DNA of 64,000 bases from Vicinamibacterales bacterium (lineage in GTDB: Bacteria; Acidobacteriota; Vicinamibacteria; Vicinamibacterales; JAMQPK01): NCBI GenBank assembly GCA_963850295.1, contig CAWKKU010000013.1, positions 249,437 to 313,436 on the forward strand, in the 5' to 3' direction. Positions 38,068 through 48,318 of the stretch are shown here, piece by piece (within the stretch, counting starts at the first letter, position 1; each line of letters opens with the position of its first letter). The position numbers were made by a program, and so were the translations under genes. Under the pieces are notes generated by a model. That model searched no databases. It had not been told where the DNA came from and was given only the letters and a program-made list of their open reading frames with translations.

Positions 38068-39494
38068 GGTCCGATCCCTGTTACGATTTTGGCGGAGTGA
38101 AAAGGGCCATCGGGGTCATTGTCGTGCTGGGCGGTCTGATTGCCGCCGGAATCCTCGCCACCCAGGAGGTCGAGCGCGACAACGAGTACCTGCGCCTGAT
38201 TGCAGAAGGGGACGAGGCCCTCAAGAGCGGTCAGACCTTCCTGGCCATCGAGGCATATAGTGACGCAATCGCCCTCAAGCGCGGCTCGATGCTCGCCTAT
38301 CTGAAGCGCGGAGAAGCCAATCAGCGGCGCGGCGACGGCCCGGATACCCTGTCCGCAGCGCTGCGGGATCTCCGAGCAGCCGCTGAGCTCGCTCCCAGCG
38401 ACACGCGGACACTCGAAGAGCTCGGCGATGTGAACTTCCAGCTCAAACGATTCGCCAACGCCACGGCGGAATACGAAGCCTACATCCGCATCGACGATCA
38501 ATCGCCGGCGGTCTTCTACAAGCTGGGGCTCGCCTCGCGAGGCGACGGACGCCTGACTCGCGCGATCTCCGCCCTGCAGCAGGCGGTTACCCTGAAGCCG
38601 GACTTTCACGAGGCGCACTACGTGCTGGGACTCTGCCTGAAAGATCGCGAGCAGCTTTCCGAGGCGCGCCAAGCGTTCGAGCGCACGATCGCGATCGCCC
38701 CGGCGTTCATTCCGGCGCGCGAAGAGCTGGCGGAACTCCACCGGCTGCAGGAGCGCACTCGCGAAGAAATCGATCAGCTCGACGCGTTATACGCGCTTGA
38801 CCCGGTGAAGGCCGAGCGCCTGATCGCAGTTGGGCTCGCCTACCTGCGCTCCGGCGATCGCGATCTCGCCGTCACCGCGCTCGGCAAGGCAGCTGAACGG
38901 TTTCCCGAACATCCCGGAGTGTATGCCGCACTCGGCCAGGTGTGGCTGGAAGCCGCCGAGGAAAGCCGGGAGCCGATCGATTTGCGAAAAGCCCTCGAAG
39001 CGCTCGAGCCGGTCGCTTCGCAATCGTCGGCCACCAGCGAAACACTCGGCTTGTATGGACGCGCGCTTTTACTGGCGGGCCAGACCGCACAGGCGGAAGC
39101 CGTTTTCAGGCAGGCGGCGGAGCGCCTCCCCGTCGATCCCGACGTGCTGCCCTACTACGCCACCGCCGCCCAGCGCGTCGGCCACGTCAACGACGCACGG
39201 CAGGCATTGCTCCGTTATACCCTCCTCGTGGACGACGACCGCGAGCAGATGGCCCACGCCGCATGGATTGGCGACCTGTCGCTGCTCTTGAACGACGCTC
39301 CCGCGGCGGTATCGTGGTACCGGAAAGCAGAGCTGGCGGGCACTCCAGACGCATCGCTGCTCGCCCGCCTCGCCGATGCGCACGCCCGCGCCGGCCAGCT
39401 CGACGACGCCCGCGCAGCCGCGCAGCGCGCTCTGGAGAAAGACCCGAACGATCCGTCTGCGCGCTCCATCGCTCGGCGCCTTCAGGCGCGATAA
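38061..39494 (+). CDS. Membrane-anchored TPR repeat protein
   Basis: MFRSDPCYDFGGVKRAIGVIVVLGGLIAAGILAT (TM helix) followed by many TPR-like repeats (AIEAYSDAIALKRG.., AISALQQAVTLKPDFHEAHYVLGLC..). The start is uncertain; the upstream part of track ORF 37716.. is antisense to the sigma gene. Confidence 0.7.
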   Translation: MFRSDPCYDFGGVKRAIGVIVVLGGLIAAGILATQEVERDNEYLRLIAEGDEALKSGQTFLAIEAYSDAIALKRGSMLAYLKRGEANQRRGDGPDTLSAALRDLRAAAELAPSDTRTLEELGDVNFQLKRFANATAEYEAYIRIDDQSPAVFYKLGLASRGDGRLTRAISALQQAVTLKPDFHEAHYVLGLCLKDREQLSEARQAFERTIAIAPAFIPAREELAELHRLQERTREEIDQLDALYALDPVKAERLIAVGLAYLRSGDRDLAVTALGKAAERFPEHPGVYAALGQVWLEAAEESREPIDLRKALEALEPVASQSSATSETLGLYGRALLLAGQTAQAEAVFRQAAERLPVDPDVLPYYATAAQRVGHVNDARQALLRYTLLVDDDREQMAHAAWIGDLSLLLNDAPAAVSWYRKAELAGTPDASLLARLADAHARAGQLDDARAAAQRALEKDPNDPSARSIARRLQAR

Positions 39495-40279
39495 CGTTTC
39501 GGATCGAGCGCGTCGCGCAGCCCGTCCCCGAGAAAATTGAACCCGAGCACGAGCACGGCGATCGCCGCACCCGGGAAGATCGTGAGGTGGGGCGCGTCGA
39601 GCAGATGCAGACGGCCTCCGTTCAGCATGGTTCCCCAACTCGGCGTCGGCGGCTGCACCCCGAGGCCCAGAAAACTCAGGGAGGCTTCGGCCAGGATGGA
39701 GCCGGCCATGCCGAGCGTCGCCTGCACCATCACCGCTGACATCGTCGTCGGGATGACATGACGAAACAGAATACGCGGCGTTCGAGCGCCAAGCGCGCGC
39801 GCCGCCTGCACGAATTCGAATTCTCGCGCCTTCAGAACCTGACCACGAACGAGCCGCGCATATCCCACCCAGCCGATAACCGAGAGCGCCATGACCACAT
39901 TCGCCAGGCTGGGACCCAGCACCGCAACGAGCGCGATCGCGAGGAGGATGCCGGGAAATGCCAGCAAGACGTCGATGACCCGGCTGATCAGGTCGTCGAG
40001 CCATCCGCCGAAGTACCCCGCGATTGCGCCGAGGAGCACGCCGACGATCGATGAGATACCCACGACGGTAAGACCGACGAAAAGCGAGATGCGGGCTCCC
40101 GCCAACACCCGCGAAAAGATATCGCGTCCGAGTTCGTCGAGTCCGAATGGGTGTTCGAGCGACGGACGTTCGAGCCGCAGCGCAAGCTCCTGGCTTGCCG
40201 GATCGTGCGGCACGGCCCATGGCGCCACGATGGCCGCGACGACGGTGAGGATGACGATGGCGGCGCCGATTTTGATCAC
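39482..40279 (-). CDS. ABC transporter permease (oligopeptide/dipeptide DppC/OppC-like)
   Basis: GTG start overlapping the upstream stop (GTGA). Contains LGLDELGRDIFSRVL and the EAA-type loop QAARALGARTPRILFRHVIP. The track ORF 39482..40837 is over-extended. Confidence 0.85.
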   Translation of the reverse strand: MIKIGAAIVILTVVAAIVAPWAVPHDPASQELALRLERPSLEHPFGLDELGRDIFSRVLAGARISLFVGLTVVGISSIVGVLLGAIAGYFGGWLDDLISRVIDVLLAFPGILLAIALVAVLGPSLANVVMALSVIGWVGYARLVRGQVLKAREFEFVQAARALGARTPRILFRHVIPTTMSAVMVQATLGMAGSILAEASLSFLGLGVQPPTPSWGTMLNGGRLHLLDAPHLTIFPGAAIAVLVLGFNFLGDGLRDALDPKRYRA

Positions 40280-41202
40280 GAGCGATCTACCCGGATGCGC
40301 GGATCGAGAAATCCGTACGTGAGATCGGTGATGAGATTGACGCCGACGTAGGTCACGGCGATGAGAAGAACGCAACCCTGGACGAGCGGATAATCGCGAA
40401 AACTGATCGATTGAATGAGCAGCCGGCCGATTCCGGGCCAGGCGAAGATCGTTTCTGTTATGACGGCGCCGGTGAGCACCACGCCGAACTGCAGCCCCAG
40501 GATCGTCACAATCGGTATCAGACTGTTTCGAAAGGCGTGGTGAAGCACGGCCCGCGTACGCGACACGCCTTTCGCGCGGGCGGCCAGTACATAGGGCTCG
40601 CGCAGTTCTTCGAGCAGGCTGGCGCGCGTCATCCGGGCGAGGATGGCAGCGAGCGCGGCGCCCAACGTGGCGGCAGGGAGAACGAGGTGCGCCGGCGTGC
40701 CGCGGCCGCCGACCGGCAGCCATCCGAGCTCGACGGCAAACACAATCGCCAGCAGCGGCCCCAGCCAGAAATTCGGAATCGAGATGCCGACGAGCGACAG
40801 GGTCATCGCGCCGAAATCGACTGCTGTCCCCCGCCACACGGCTCCGATGATGCCCAGCGGCAACGCGATTAAGACCGCCACGGCCATCGATGCAAACGCC
40901 AGCTCCGCGGTTGCCGGCATGCGCTCGAGGATCTGCTGGGTTACCGGCTGATCGTTGCGCAGCGACACGCCCAGATCGCCGCGCACCAGCCCCTGGAGAA
41001 ACGAACCGTATTGCACGAGCAGCGGGCGATCGAGGCCAAGCCGCGCGCGCAGTTGCGCCACGTCTTCAGGCGCCGCGCCTTCGCCGAGCATCGCCTGGGC
41101 CGGGTCGCCGGGAATGAAGTGAATGAGGGCAAAGACGAGCGTCGCCACGCCGAGCAGCACAGGGATCGTCAGCAGCAGACGGCGGATGAGATACCTAAGC
41201 AT
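40276..41202 (-). CDS. ABC transporter permease (DppB/OppB-like)
   Basis: 308-aa ORF MLRYLIRRLLLTIPVLLGVATLVFALIHFIPGDPA...YVLAARAKGVSRTRAVLHHAFRNSLIP. Confidence 0.88.
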   Translation of the reverse strand: MLRYLIRRLLLTIPVLLGVATLVFALIHFIPGDPAQAMLGEGAAPEDVAQLRARLGLDRPLLVQYGSFLQGLVRGDLGVSLRNDQPVTQQILERMPATAELAFASMAVAVLIALPLGIIGAVWRGTAVDFGAMTLSLVGISIPNFWLGPLLAIVFAVELGWLPVGGRGTPAHLVLPAATLGAALAAILARMTRASLLEELREPYVLAARAKGVSRTRAVLHHAFRNSLIPIVTILGLQFGVVLTGAVITETIFAWPGIGRLLIQSISFRDYPLVQGCVLLIAVTYVGVNLITDLTYGFLDPRIRVDRS

Positions 41203-44152
41203 CGAGATGAAGACGCTGCATCAGTTTTGCGAGTCCCTGGCGGCTGAGCCCTAGAGCCGCCGCGGTTCGGCCACGGTGGCCCGCCGCGCGCGCCAGCGCC
41301 GCGCGCACAAACCGCTCCTCGAAGCGAAGCCGCGCGCTCTCGAGTGACTCGTGTGCGGCCGGCTGCGCCGCGCGGGCAATCGCGGGCGGCAGCTCTGATG
41401 GGCCGATAACGCCGCGCGACGGAGCGTTCACTGCCAGCGCGGTGAGCACGTTCTGAAGCTCGCGCACGTTGCCCGGCCAATCATACCGCGCCAGCGCGGC
41501 GATAGTTCCTTGCCCGAGCACCGCCTTGCTGCCGATGCGTTCCGATGACGAACGCCAGAAGCGCGCGGCGAGCAGAGGAACGTCCTCGATGCGCTCGCGC
41601 AGCGGCGGCACGTTGATGCGAATCACGTCGAGTCTGTACAACAGGTCCTGGCGAAAGCGGCCCGCCTCGACCTCGGTCCTTAGCGCACGGTTGGTCGCGG
41701 CCACCAGCCTCGTATCGAACGGGCGAACGAAATTTTCGCCGATCCGGCGCACCTCGCCTTCCTGCAGCACGCGCAACACCTTTGCCTGGGCGCGCGCCGA
41801 CAGTTCCCCCACTTCGTCGAGGAAGACGGTGCCGCCGTCGGCGCCTTCGAACAACCCGACCCGCTCGATTGCGGCGCCGGTGAATGCACCCTTCGCATGG
41901 CCGAAGAGCTCTGCGTCGACGAGATCTTCAGGCATTGCGGCGCAGTTGAGGGCGCAGAACGCACGGTCGCGACGGCAGCCGGCCCGGTGAATGGCGCGCG
42001 CTACGAGTTCCTTCCCCGATCCACTTTCCCCTTCGATCAGAACCGTGAACGGTGCATTCGCCGCGCGGGCAATGGCTTGTCTCACCTGCGCCATGCCGGC
42101 GCTCGCTCCGATGAGATCGAAGTCCGTTTGGCTCTGGCTGGGGACCTGATCGCGTTCGACGAGAACGAACACCAGCGGCGCGCAGACAGCAGCGGCAGCG
42201 GCGCCGAAGGCGAGGGCGCGGTCGCTGTTCTCGGGGCCCTCGACGCTCCATCGCATGGCAATCGCGCCGACGCATCGGCCCAGATAATGGAGAGGGATAG
42301 CGCCCTCGACCCCGGCGGCTGTCCGTTCGGGACGGATGGGTTGCGCGATATCGATCGCCCGCCGCGCGATCGCGTCCCCCGTGTTTGCCAGCCCGGCAAC
42401 CAGCCTGGGCCGGCCCGCGCCGCACGCAAATATGGCGATGCCGGCTGCGTGGGTGTATTTCCGGATGCCCGACGCCGCTTGTGCAAGCGCCGCCGACTCG
42501 TCGTCGAACTGGTGAGAAAGGGTGAGCAGTTCGCGCACGCCCTCGAGGTCGTCGACGGCATGGCGCGCGTCTACATGGAAACGCGGTGCGGCTTCATGCG
42601 CAGACGACACTTGGGGCGCACTGCTCCTGTTCGGTTCTTCACGATCGACCGCCTCGAGGCTCCTGCTGATGCAGCTCTTCAACAAGGGCGGTACGGCGCC
42701 CGGCCGCAGCGCACGAAAATGACGAGCGGCGGCGCGAGCGGCGCCGAACTGACCCTGGCGAATCAGCGCATCCAGCCACGTGAGCCTCAGCTTGACTGCC
42801 TGCAGCGGCACGTGTCCGGCGCGAGCGGCCTCGATGCCGCGTTGTACGTGGACGCGCACGGCCTCGAGATCGCCGAGTGAGGCCTGCGCTGCCGCTTCAC
42901 AGGTCCGCACCAGCGACTCCACAGCCGGCGAGGCGTCGGCACCTGCACGAGCGCGCCGGACCGCATCCCACACGTCTGCGCGAAGCCCGCTGGACGAACG
43001 TACCCGCGCAACGAGGCACCAATATCGAACGCACCTTTCCCCGCTTTCCCCGGGCGCAACCGATTCGAGAATCGAAAGCGCATCACCGTGACGCCCCTGC
43101 CAGAAGAGCACGCGCCCGAGACAGACGGCGGCATGTGCGATGTGTTCGGTATGGCCCAGGGCCGCTGCCGCGGCATAGGCCAGACGAGTCGTTTGCTCGG
43201 CTTCGATGAGCCGTTCGAGATCGATTTGCGCAAGTCCGGCATGGGCCGATGCGTCGACCGCCTCGGGCGCCGCGTGGGCTTGCTGGAAACGATCGTGCGC
43301 CATGTCGAAAACAGCCTTCGCATCGGAAGCCCGGCCTCGAACGAGCAGGAGCCTTCCGAGCTTCAGCGCAGCGTCGCCGCTGCGCCGCGGATCGTTGCGG
43401 CGATCGAACGCCGCCACAGCGCCTCGCAGCTCCCGCTCGGCTGCAGCATGCCGTCCGCGCTGGATGAGCCGTTCTCCATCGCTCAGCATGTGGATCGCGC
43501 GCGGGTCCATGACGAGCGGCCGGGAGCTGTATCTGGCTCGCCCTTCCGCCGCGGATTCAGCACGCGTGCGTCCCGGTGTCATCCGGCAGCTCATTGCGCA
43601 AACCTCGCGCGTCTTGTGCGCGACCAGCCGCAGGAGCGCGAGCGCCAGTGCGTCCCGCCGGTTGCCGCTCTCGAGGACCGCGATCGATCGGCCGGCTATC
43701 ACAGACCCCAGCTCGCGGGAGACTTCGGGGTTCGCCAGCACCGACAAGTGAATCGGCAGGAAGCCGCGCATGCGCAGATCGCGTGCGTCTGGAAGCGCTG
43801 CGACGGACAGGACGCGAGATGATGACGGCTTCGGCCGCTCGAGCCAGTCGTCCAGTAGACCCACCCCTCTGTCGACAGGCGCGCGAGCTGGCTGACGTGT
43901 AAGCGGCTTTGCTTCGAACCGCAGCGTCGGCCCGATGAAGCCGAAATCCACCAGCGCCCCCGTGCCGTACGCGCGCGCACATTGGTCGATCCAGATGCGC
44001 TGCTCCGCCGACGTACCGGCGCCCGAGACCATCAGCTGCACCGAATCGCCCGTCGCGAGATCGAGCGTGCCGTGCGCGCGAGCGAGAAACCGATCGGCAA
44101 TCAGCGAGTCCATGACAGCGCGTATTGCAATCGGCTCTCCCCGCGGTTTCAT
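41195..44152 (-). CDS. Sigma-54-dependent transcriptional activator (bEBP) with a long N-terminal sensory region (TPR-like and GAF-like)
   Basis: 985-aa intact ORF. The AAA+ core has VLIEGESGSGKE and the GAFTGA sigma-54 contact motif (HAKGAFTGA). The C-terminal Fis-type HTH is GHRGRTAAALGLSRQGLAKLMQRL. About 640 aa of uncharacterised N-terminal sequence. Confidence 0.88.
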   Translation of the reverse strand: MKPRGEPIAIRAVMDSLIADRFLARAHGTLDLATGDSVQLMVSGAGTSAEQRIWIDQCARAYGTGALVDFGFIGPTLRFEAKPLTRQPARAPVDRGVGLLDDWLERPKPSSSRVLSVAALPDARDLRMRGFLPIHLSVLANPEVSRELGSVIAGRSIAVLESGNRRDALALALLRLVAHKTREVCAMSCRMTPGRTRAESAAEGRARYSSRPLVMDPRAIHMLSDGERLIQRGRHAAAERELRGAVAAFDRRNDPRRSGDAALKLGRLLLVRGRASDAKAVFDMAHDRFQQAHAAPEAVDASAHAGLAQIDLERLIEAEQTTRLAYAAAAALGHTEHIAHAAVCLGRVLFWQGRHGDALSILESVAPGESGERCVRYWCLVARVRSSSGLRADVWDAVRRARAGADASPAVESLVRTCEAAAQASLGDLEAVRVHVQRGIEAARAGHVPLQAVKLRLTWLDALIRQGQFGAARAAARHFRALRPGAVPPLLKSCISRSLEAVDREEPNRSSAPQVSSAHEAAPRFHVDARHAVDDLEGVRELLTLSHQFDDESAALAQAASGIRKYTHAAGIAIFACGAGRPRLVAGLANTGDAIARRAIDIAQPIRPERTAAGVEGAIPLHYLGRCVGAIAMRWSVEGPENSDRALAFGAAAAAVCAPLVFVLVERDQVPSQSQTDFDLIGASAGMAQVRQAIARAANAPFTVLIEGESGSGKELVARAIHRAGCRRDRAFCALNCAAMPEDLVDAELFGHAKGAFTGAAIERVGLFEGADGGTVFLDEVGELSARAQAKVLRVLQEGEVRRIGENFVRPFDTRLVAATNRALRTEVEAGRFRQDLLYRLDVIRINVPPLRERIEDVPLLAARFWRSSSERIGSKAVLGQGTIAALARYDWPGNVRELQNVLTALAVNAPSRGVIGPSELPPAIARAAQPAAHESLESARLRFEERFVRAALARAAGHRGRTAAALGLSRQGLAKLMQRLHLDA

Positions 44153-44212
44153 GCGGGATTGCGCCGGCTCGAAGCCGGACGGTGCAGAAAGTTCGTATAG
44201 AATTACGGGGCA

Positions 44213-45463
44213 ATGCTGCGTTTTCTCACCGCAGGCGAGTCACATGGCAAGGGTCTCGTCGTCGTTCTCGAAGGAATGCCCGCCGGCCTGCAGCTCGATT
44301 TCGACGCCATTACGGAACAGCTCAAGCGGCGCCAGGGCGGCTACGGCCGTGGCCGCCGCATGGCGATCGAGTCCGACAAGGCCGAGATCCTCTCCGGCGT
44401 GCGCGCCGGCGAAACACTCGGCTCTCCAATCGCGCTCCTGATCCGGAACAAGGACTGGGAGAACTGGCAGCAGACGATGCATGCCGAGCCGGAGGCGCCG
44501 GCCGGAGCGACCGGTACGGTGCGGCCGATCGTGACGCGCCCGCGTCCGGGCCATGCGGATCTCGCGGGAGCGATCAAATACGACCGGACCGACATTCGCG
44601 ACGTGCTCGAACGCGCGAGCGCCCGCGAAACCGCGGCGCGCGTGGCTGCCGGCGCGATCGCCCGCCAGCTCCTCGCCCGTTTCGACGTCGAGATCGTCAG
44701 CCACGTATATCAGGTCAACGGCATCGGCCTCGACTCGCCTTTGCGCGTCACGTTCGAGGCCGTGCGCGACATCGGCTCCGATTCGGCGCTTCGCTGCGCC
44801 GACCTCGACGCCGAGGTGAACATGATCGCGGAAATCGATCGCTGCCGTGACGCGGGCGATACGGCCGGCGGAGCGTTCGAAGTGATCGCCCGCGGCCTCC
44901 CGGTCGGCCTGGGCAGCTACGTGCAGTGGGACCGCAAGCTCGACGGGCGCCTCGCGCAGGCGATGATGTCGATTCCTGCCATCAAAGGCGTCGGCATGGG
45001 CATCGGCCCCAGGGCCGCCACGGTGCCCGGCTCGCAGATGCACGACGAAATCGTTCCGGCACCGAGCCGCACCAAGCCGCCGATCGGCGTCGCACGGCCG
45101 ACGAACAACGCCGGAGGGCTCGAGGGCGGAGTGACCAACGGCGAGGACCTGCGCGTCAGCGGGTTCATGAAACCCATCGCCACGCTCATGAAGCCCCTGC
45201 GCTCCGTCGATCTCTCCGCGATGAGCGAAGCGCCGGCGGTCATCGAACGGAGCGACGTGTGCGCCATCTCGGCTGCTGCCGTCGTTGGCGAGGCCGTCGT
45301 CAGCCTTGTGCTTGCCGACGCGTTTCTCGAAAAGTTCAGCGGCGACTCGCTCAACGAGATCGAGCGGAACTACGCGAACTCCACCGATCGACTGCAGGCG
45401 AGGTTCAGGCGAACGGCCGGCGGGGCGCCGCGTGACGGCGGGCCAGCCTCGCCGAAGCGCTAG
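44213..45463 (+). CDS. aroC: Chorismate synthase
   Basis: 416-aa ORF MLRFLTAGESHGKGLVVVLEGMPAGL...RPGHADL...RSDVCA, with a short Arg/Gly-rich C-terminal tail. Confidence 0.93.
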   Translation: MLRFLTAGESHGKGLVVVLEGMPAGLQLDFDAITEQLKRRQGGYGRGRRMAIESDKAEILSGVRAGETLGSPIALLIRNKDWENWQQTMHAEPEAPAGATGTVRPIVTRPRPGHADLAGAIKYDRTDIRDVLERASARETAARVAAGAIARQLLARFDVEIVSHVYQVNGIGLDSPLRVTFEAVRDIGSDSALRCADLDAEVNMIAEIDRCRDAGDTAGGAFEVIARGLPVGLGSYVQWDRKLDGRLAQAMMSIPAIKGVGMGIGPRAATVPGSQMHDEIVPAPSRTKPPIGVARPTNNAGGLEGGVTNGEDLRVSGFMKPIATLMKPLRSVDLSAMSEAPAVIERSDVCAISAAAVVGEAVVSLVLADAFLEKFSGDSLNEIERNYANSTDRLQARFRRTAGGAPRDGGPASPKR

Positions 45464-45477
45464 GAGCGCGAAGGCGG

Positions 45478-45988
45478 GTGATTCGTCCGATCCAGAAATT
45501 CGGCGGCCCGCCGCTCCACGATCGCGCGGCAGAGGTCGGCGAGCTGACCAAAGACATTCAAACGCTGATCGACGACATGATCGAGACGATGTACGCCGCG
45601 CCTGGCATCGGCCTCGCCGCCCCGCAGGTCGGCGTGCCGCTCAGGATTTTCGTCGTCGATCTCTCGCTCGGCCACAAGGCCGACGATCTGCTGGTCTTCA
45701 TCAACCCGGAATTCGTCGAGCAGGAAGGCATGCAGCTCGAGGAAGAGGGCTGCCTCAGCGTTCCCGGATTCAATGCCACCGTGGCGCGACCGATGCGAGC
45801 CGTGGTCAGAGGCATGGACCGGACGGGTCAGGTACGCACCGTCGAAGGCCGGGAGCTGCTGGCACGCGCGTTTCAGCATGAAATGGATCATCTCGACGGC
45901 AAACTGTTTCTCGACCGTGTGCGCGGCATCAAACGCGACCTCATCGTCGAAGAAGATCCGCAAGCTGTCGCGCGCGGGAAAATGGTAG
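45478..45988 (+). CDS. def: Peptide deformylase; one frameshift near the 3' end in this sequence
   Basis: GIGLAAPQVG, EGCLSVPG and HEMDHLDG motifs. The natural tail ..KIRKLSRAGKW-stop (frame of ORF 45773..45988) is reached if one base near 45950 is removed. Confidence 0.88.
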
Positions 45989-46957
45989 CCGCCGGCACCC
46001 GCTCTGCGGATTGTTTTCTTCGGCACGCCCGACTTCGCCGTCCCGACTCTCGAAGCGCTTCACACCTCTCGGCATGCCATCGTCGGCGTGGTCACACAGC
46101 CGGACCGCGCCCGAGGACGCGGTCAGAAGTCCGTGCCAGGCCCGATCAAACGCGTCGCAGAGAAGTACGGCGTCCAGATCTTCCAGCCCGAGCGACTGCG
46201 CAACGAAGAGTTTCTCTCCGCGTTCCGCGGGTTGAATCCGGATCTCGGAGTAGTCGCCGCATACGGAAAACTCCTGACTGACGCCGTCCTGGAGATTCCC
46301 CGGCACGGACTGCTCAACGTTCACGCGTCGCTGCTGCCGAAATACCGCGGGGCTGCGCCGATTCATCGCGCGGTGATGGCGGGAGACACGGAAACCGGCG
46401 TGACGATCATGCGTGTCGTCAAAGCTCTCGACGCCGGACCCATGATTGCGAAGGTCACTCGTCAGATTGGAACGGACGAGACAAGCGCCGACGTCGAACC
46501 GGATCTCGCACGGATCGGCGGGCGCGCCCTCGTGGATGCTGTCGATGCGTTGTCCGAAGGACGGCTGAGCGAAACAGCCCAGAACGAAGCCGACGCGACT
46601 TATGCGCACAAGATCGAAAAGCGTGACGGAATTGTGGACTGGTCGAGGTCCGCGTTCGACATCCACAACCAGATCCGGGGTCTCCATCCCTGGCCGCACG
46701 CCTACGCAGAGCTGAATGGCGAGCGCACGATTCTTCTGCGCTCCGAATTAGCCGCTGAGCCCGAGTCCGCGCGCGAGGAGCCCGGCGCCATCGTGCACGC
46801 CTCGGGGGACCGGCTGCTCGTGCAGACCGGACGCGGCGTGCTTCGACTGCTCTCCTTGCAGCGCGAGGGCCGGCGGCCCGTTTCGGCGAGGGAGTTTCTG
46901 GCGGGTCGCCAGATTCGTCCCGGCGACCGGTTCGTCCGTTCGCTGCCCGTCCCATGA
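45982..46957 (+). CDS. fmt: Methionyl-tRNA formyltransferase; one frameshift near the 5' end in this sequence
   Basis: The ATG overlaps the def stop (aaATGGTAG). MVAAGTRSA then shifts into ..IVFFGTPDFAVPTLEAL...VVTQPDRARGRGQK...NVHASLLPKYRGAAPI. An extra g at gg 46008-46009 explains the shift. Confidence 0.88.
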
Positions 46958-48309
46958 TCGCTCCCGCGCGCACGGCGGCGTTTGCCGCGCTCCGCGACAT
47001 CAACGCCGGGAAGGTGGATCTTCCGTCCGCGCTCGCGGCGGTTCGCCCCACGCTGACCGACGAGCGCGACCGCGCCTTAGCTGCCGACCTCGTCATCGGT
47101 ACTCTGCGCTGGCAGCGGCAACTCGACTGGCTGATCGCGGAGTTTTCCAAACGGCCCGTTACCAAGCTCGACTTCGAGGTCTTGCAGATTCTCCGGTTGG
47201 GTGCGTATCAACTGCTGCACCTCGACCGCGTGCCTGCGGCGGCAGCCGTGAACGATGCTGTCGCCATGACGCGGCGCGCCCGCAAGACGAGCGCCGCCGG
47301 TCTCGTGAACGCGGTTCTGCGGGCCATCTCGAGAAATTCACATAGGCTGCCGTTGCCGCCCCGGCCTCCAGCCGGCGAGCCGCTCCCCTATCTGGAGGTG
47401 GCGCTCTCGCATCCCGATTGGCTCGCCCGGAGATGGCTGAGTCGCTATGGCTTCGATCGTGCCGAAGCGTGGGAAACCTTCAACAACTCTGCCGCTCCCC
47501 TGACGCTGCGCGTGAACCGCCTGAAAACCAACCGCGGCGATCTCGAGACGTCCCTGCGTGAGCACGGCGTCGAAGTCGAGCCCGCGCGCTACGCACCGGA
47601 TGGTCTCCTCGTCCGGTCGGGAAACCCGCTGCGAACGCCGCTCGCCGGCACCGGACTGTTTTTCGTGCAGGACGAAGCGTCTCAGCTCGTCGCGCTGCTC
47701 GGGGCCGCCGAGCCCGGCATGCGCGTGCTCGACACCTGCGCGTCGCCTGGCGGGAAGACGACGGCGATGGCGGCAATGGCCGATGACAAGGCACAGATCG
47801 TCGCGGCCGACGTCCGCGGACCGCGCATCCAGCTCCTTCGCGACACCGTAGATGCCAGCGGCGCCGGCAACATTCGCGTCGTGCAGGCCGACCTCGAGAG
47901 AGGCCTGCCATTCTCGGCGGAATTCGACGTCGTTTTCGTGGACGCGCCGTGTTCGGGACTGGGCACGCTGCGCCGCGACCCTGATATCCGGTGGCGCCGG
48001 CGCGAATCCGATCTCCAGCCGTTCGCTCGCGCGCAGGTTGCGATGTTGCGGCATGCGGCAGAGGCGACGCGAGCCGGGGGACGTCTCGTCTATTCGACCT
48101 GCTCGAGCGAACCCGACGAAAACGACGAAGTGGTCTCTGCGTTCCTCGAGGCAGAGCCCGGATTTCAGCAGATCGATCTGAATGCCGAACGTCCCGCGTA
48201 CTTCGACGCCCTCGGCCCCGTCGTCGATCGCACCGGCGTGCTCCGGACATCGCCCGACGAGCACGGCCTCGAAGCGTTCTACGGCGCGGTCCTGCGGCGT
48301 GTAAAATGA
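46954..48309 (+). CDS. rsmB: 16S rRNA (cytosine967-C5)-methyltransferase
   Basis: 451-aa ORF with an N-terminal NusB-like domain and a methyltransferase core (DTCASPGGKT, DAPCSGLGTLRRDPD, YSTCS). Confidence 0.9.
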   Translation: MIAPARTAAFAALRDINAGKVDLPSALAAVRPTLTDERDRALAADLVIGTLRWQRQLDWLIAEFSKRPVTKLDFEVLQILRLGAYQLLHLDRVPAAAAVNDAVAMTRRARKTSAAGLVNAVLRAISRNSHRLPLPPRPPAGEPLPYLEVALSHPDWLARRWLSRYGFDRAEAWETFNNSAAPLTLRVNRLKTNRGDLETSLREHGVEVEPARYAPDGLLVRSGNPLRTPLAGTGLFFVQDEASQLVALLGAAEPGMRVLDTCASPGGKTTAMAAMADDKAQIVAADVRGPRIQLLRDTVDASGAGNIRVVQADLERGLPFSAEFDVVFVDAPCSGLGTLRRDPDIRWRRRESDLQPFARAQVAMLRHAAEATRAGGRLVYSTCSSEPDENDEVVSAFLEAEPGFQQIDLNAERPAYFDALGPVVDRTGVLRTSPDEHGLEAFYGAVLRRVK

Positions 48310-48318
48310 GGGCGCACC

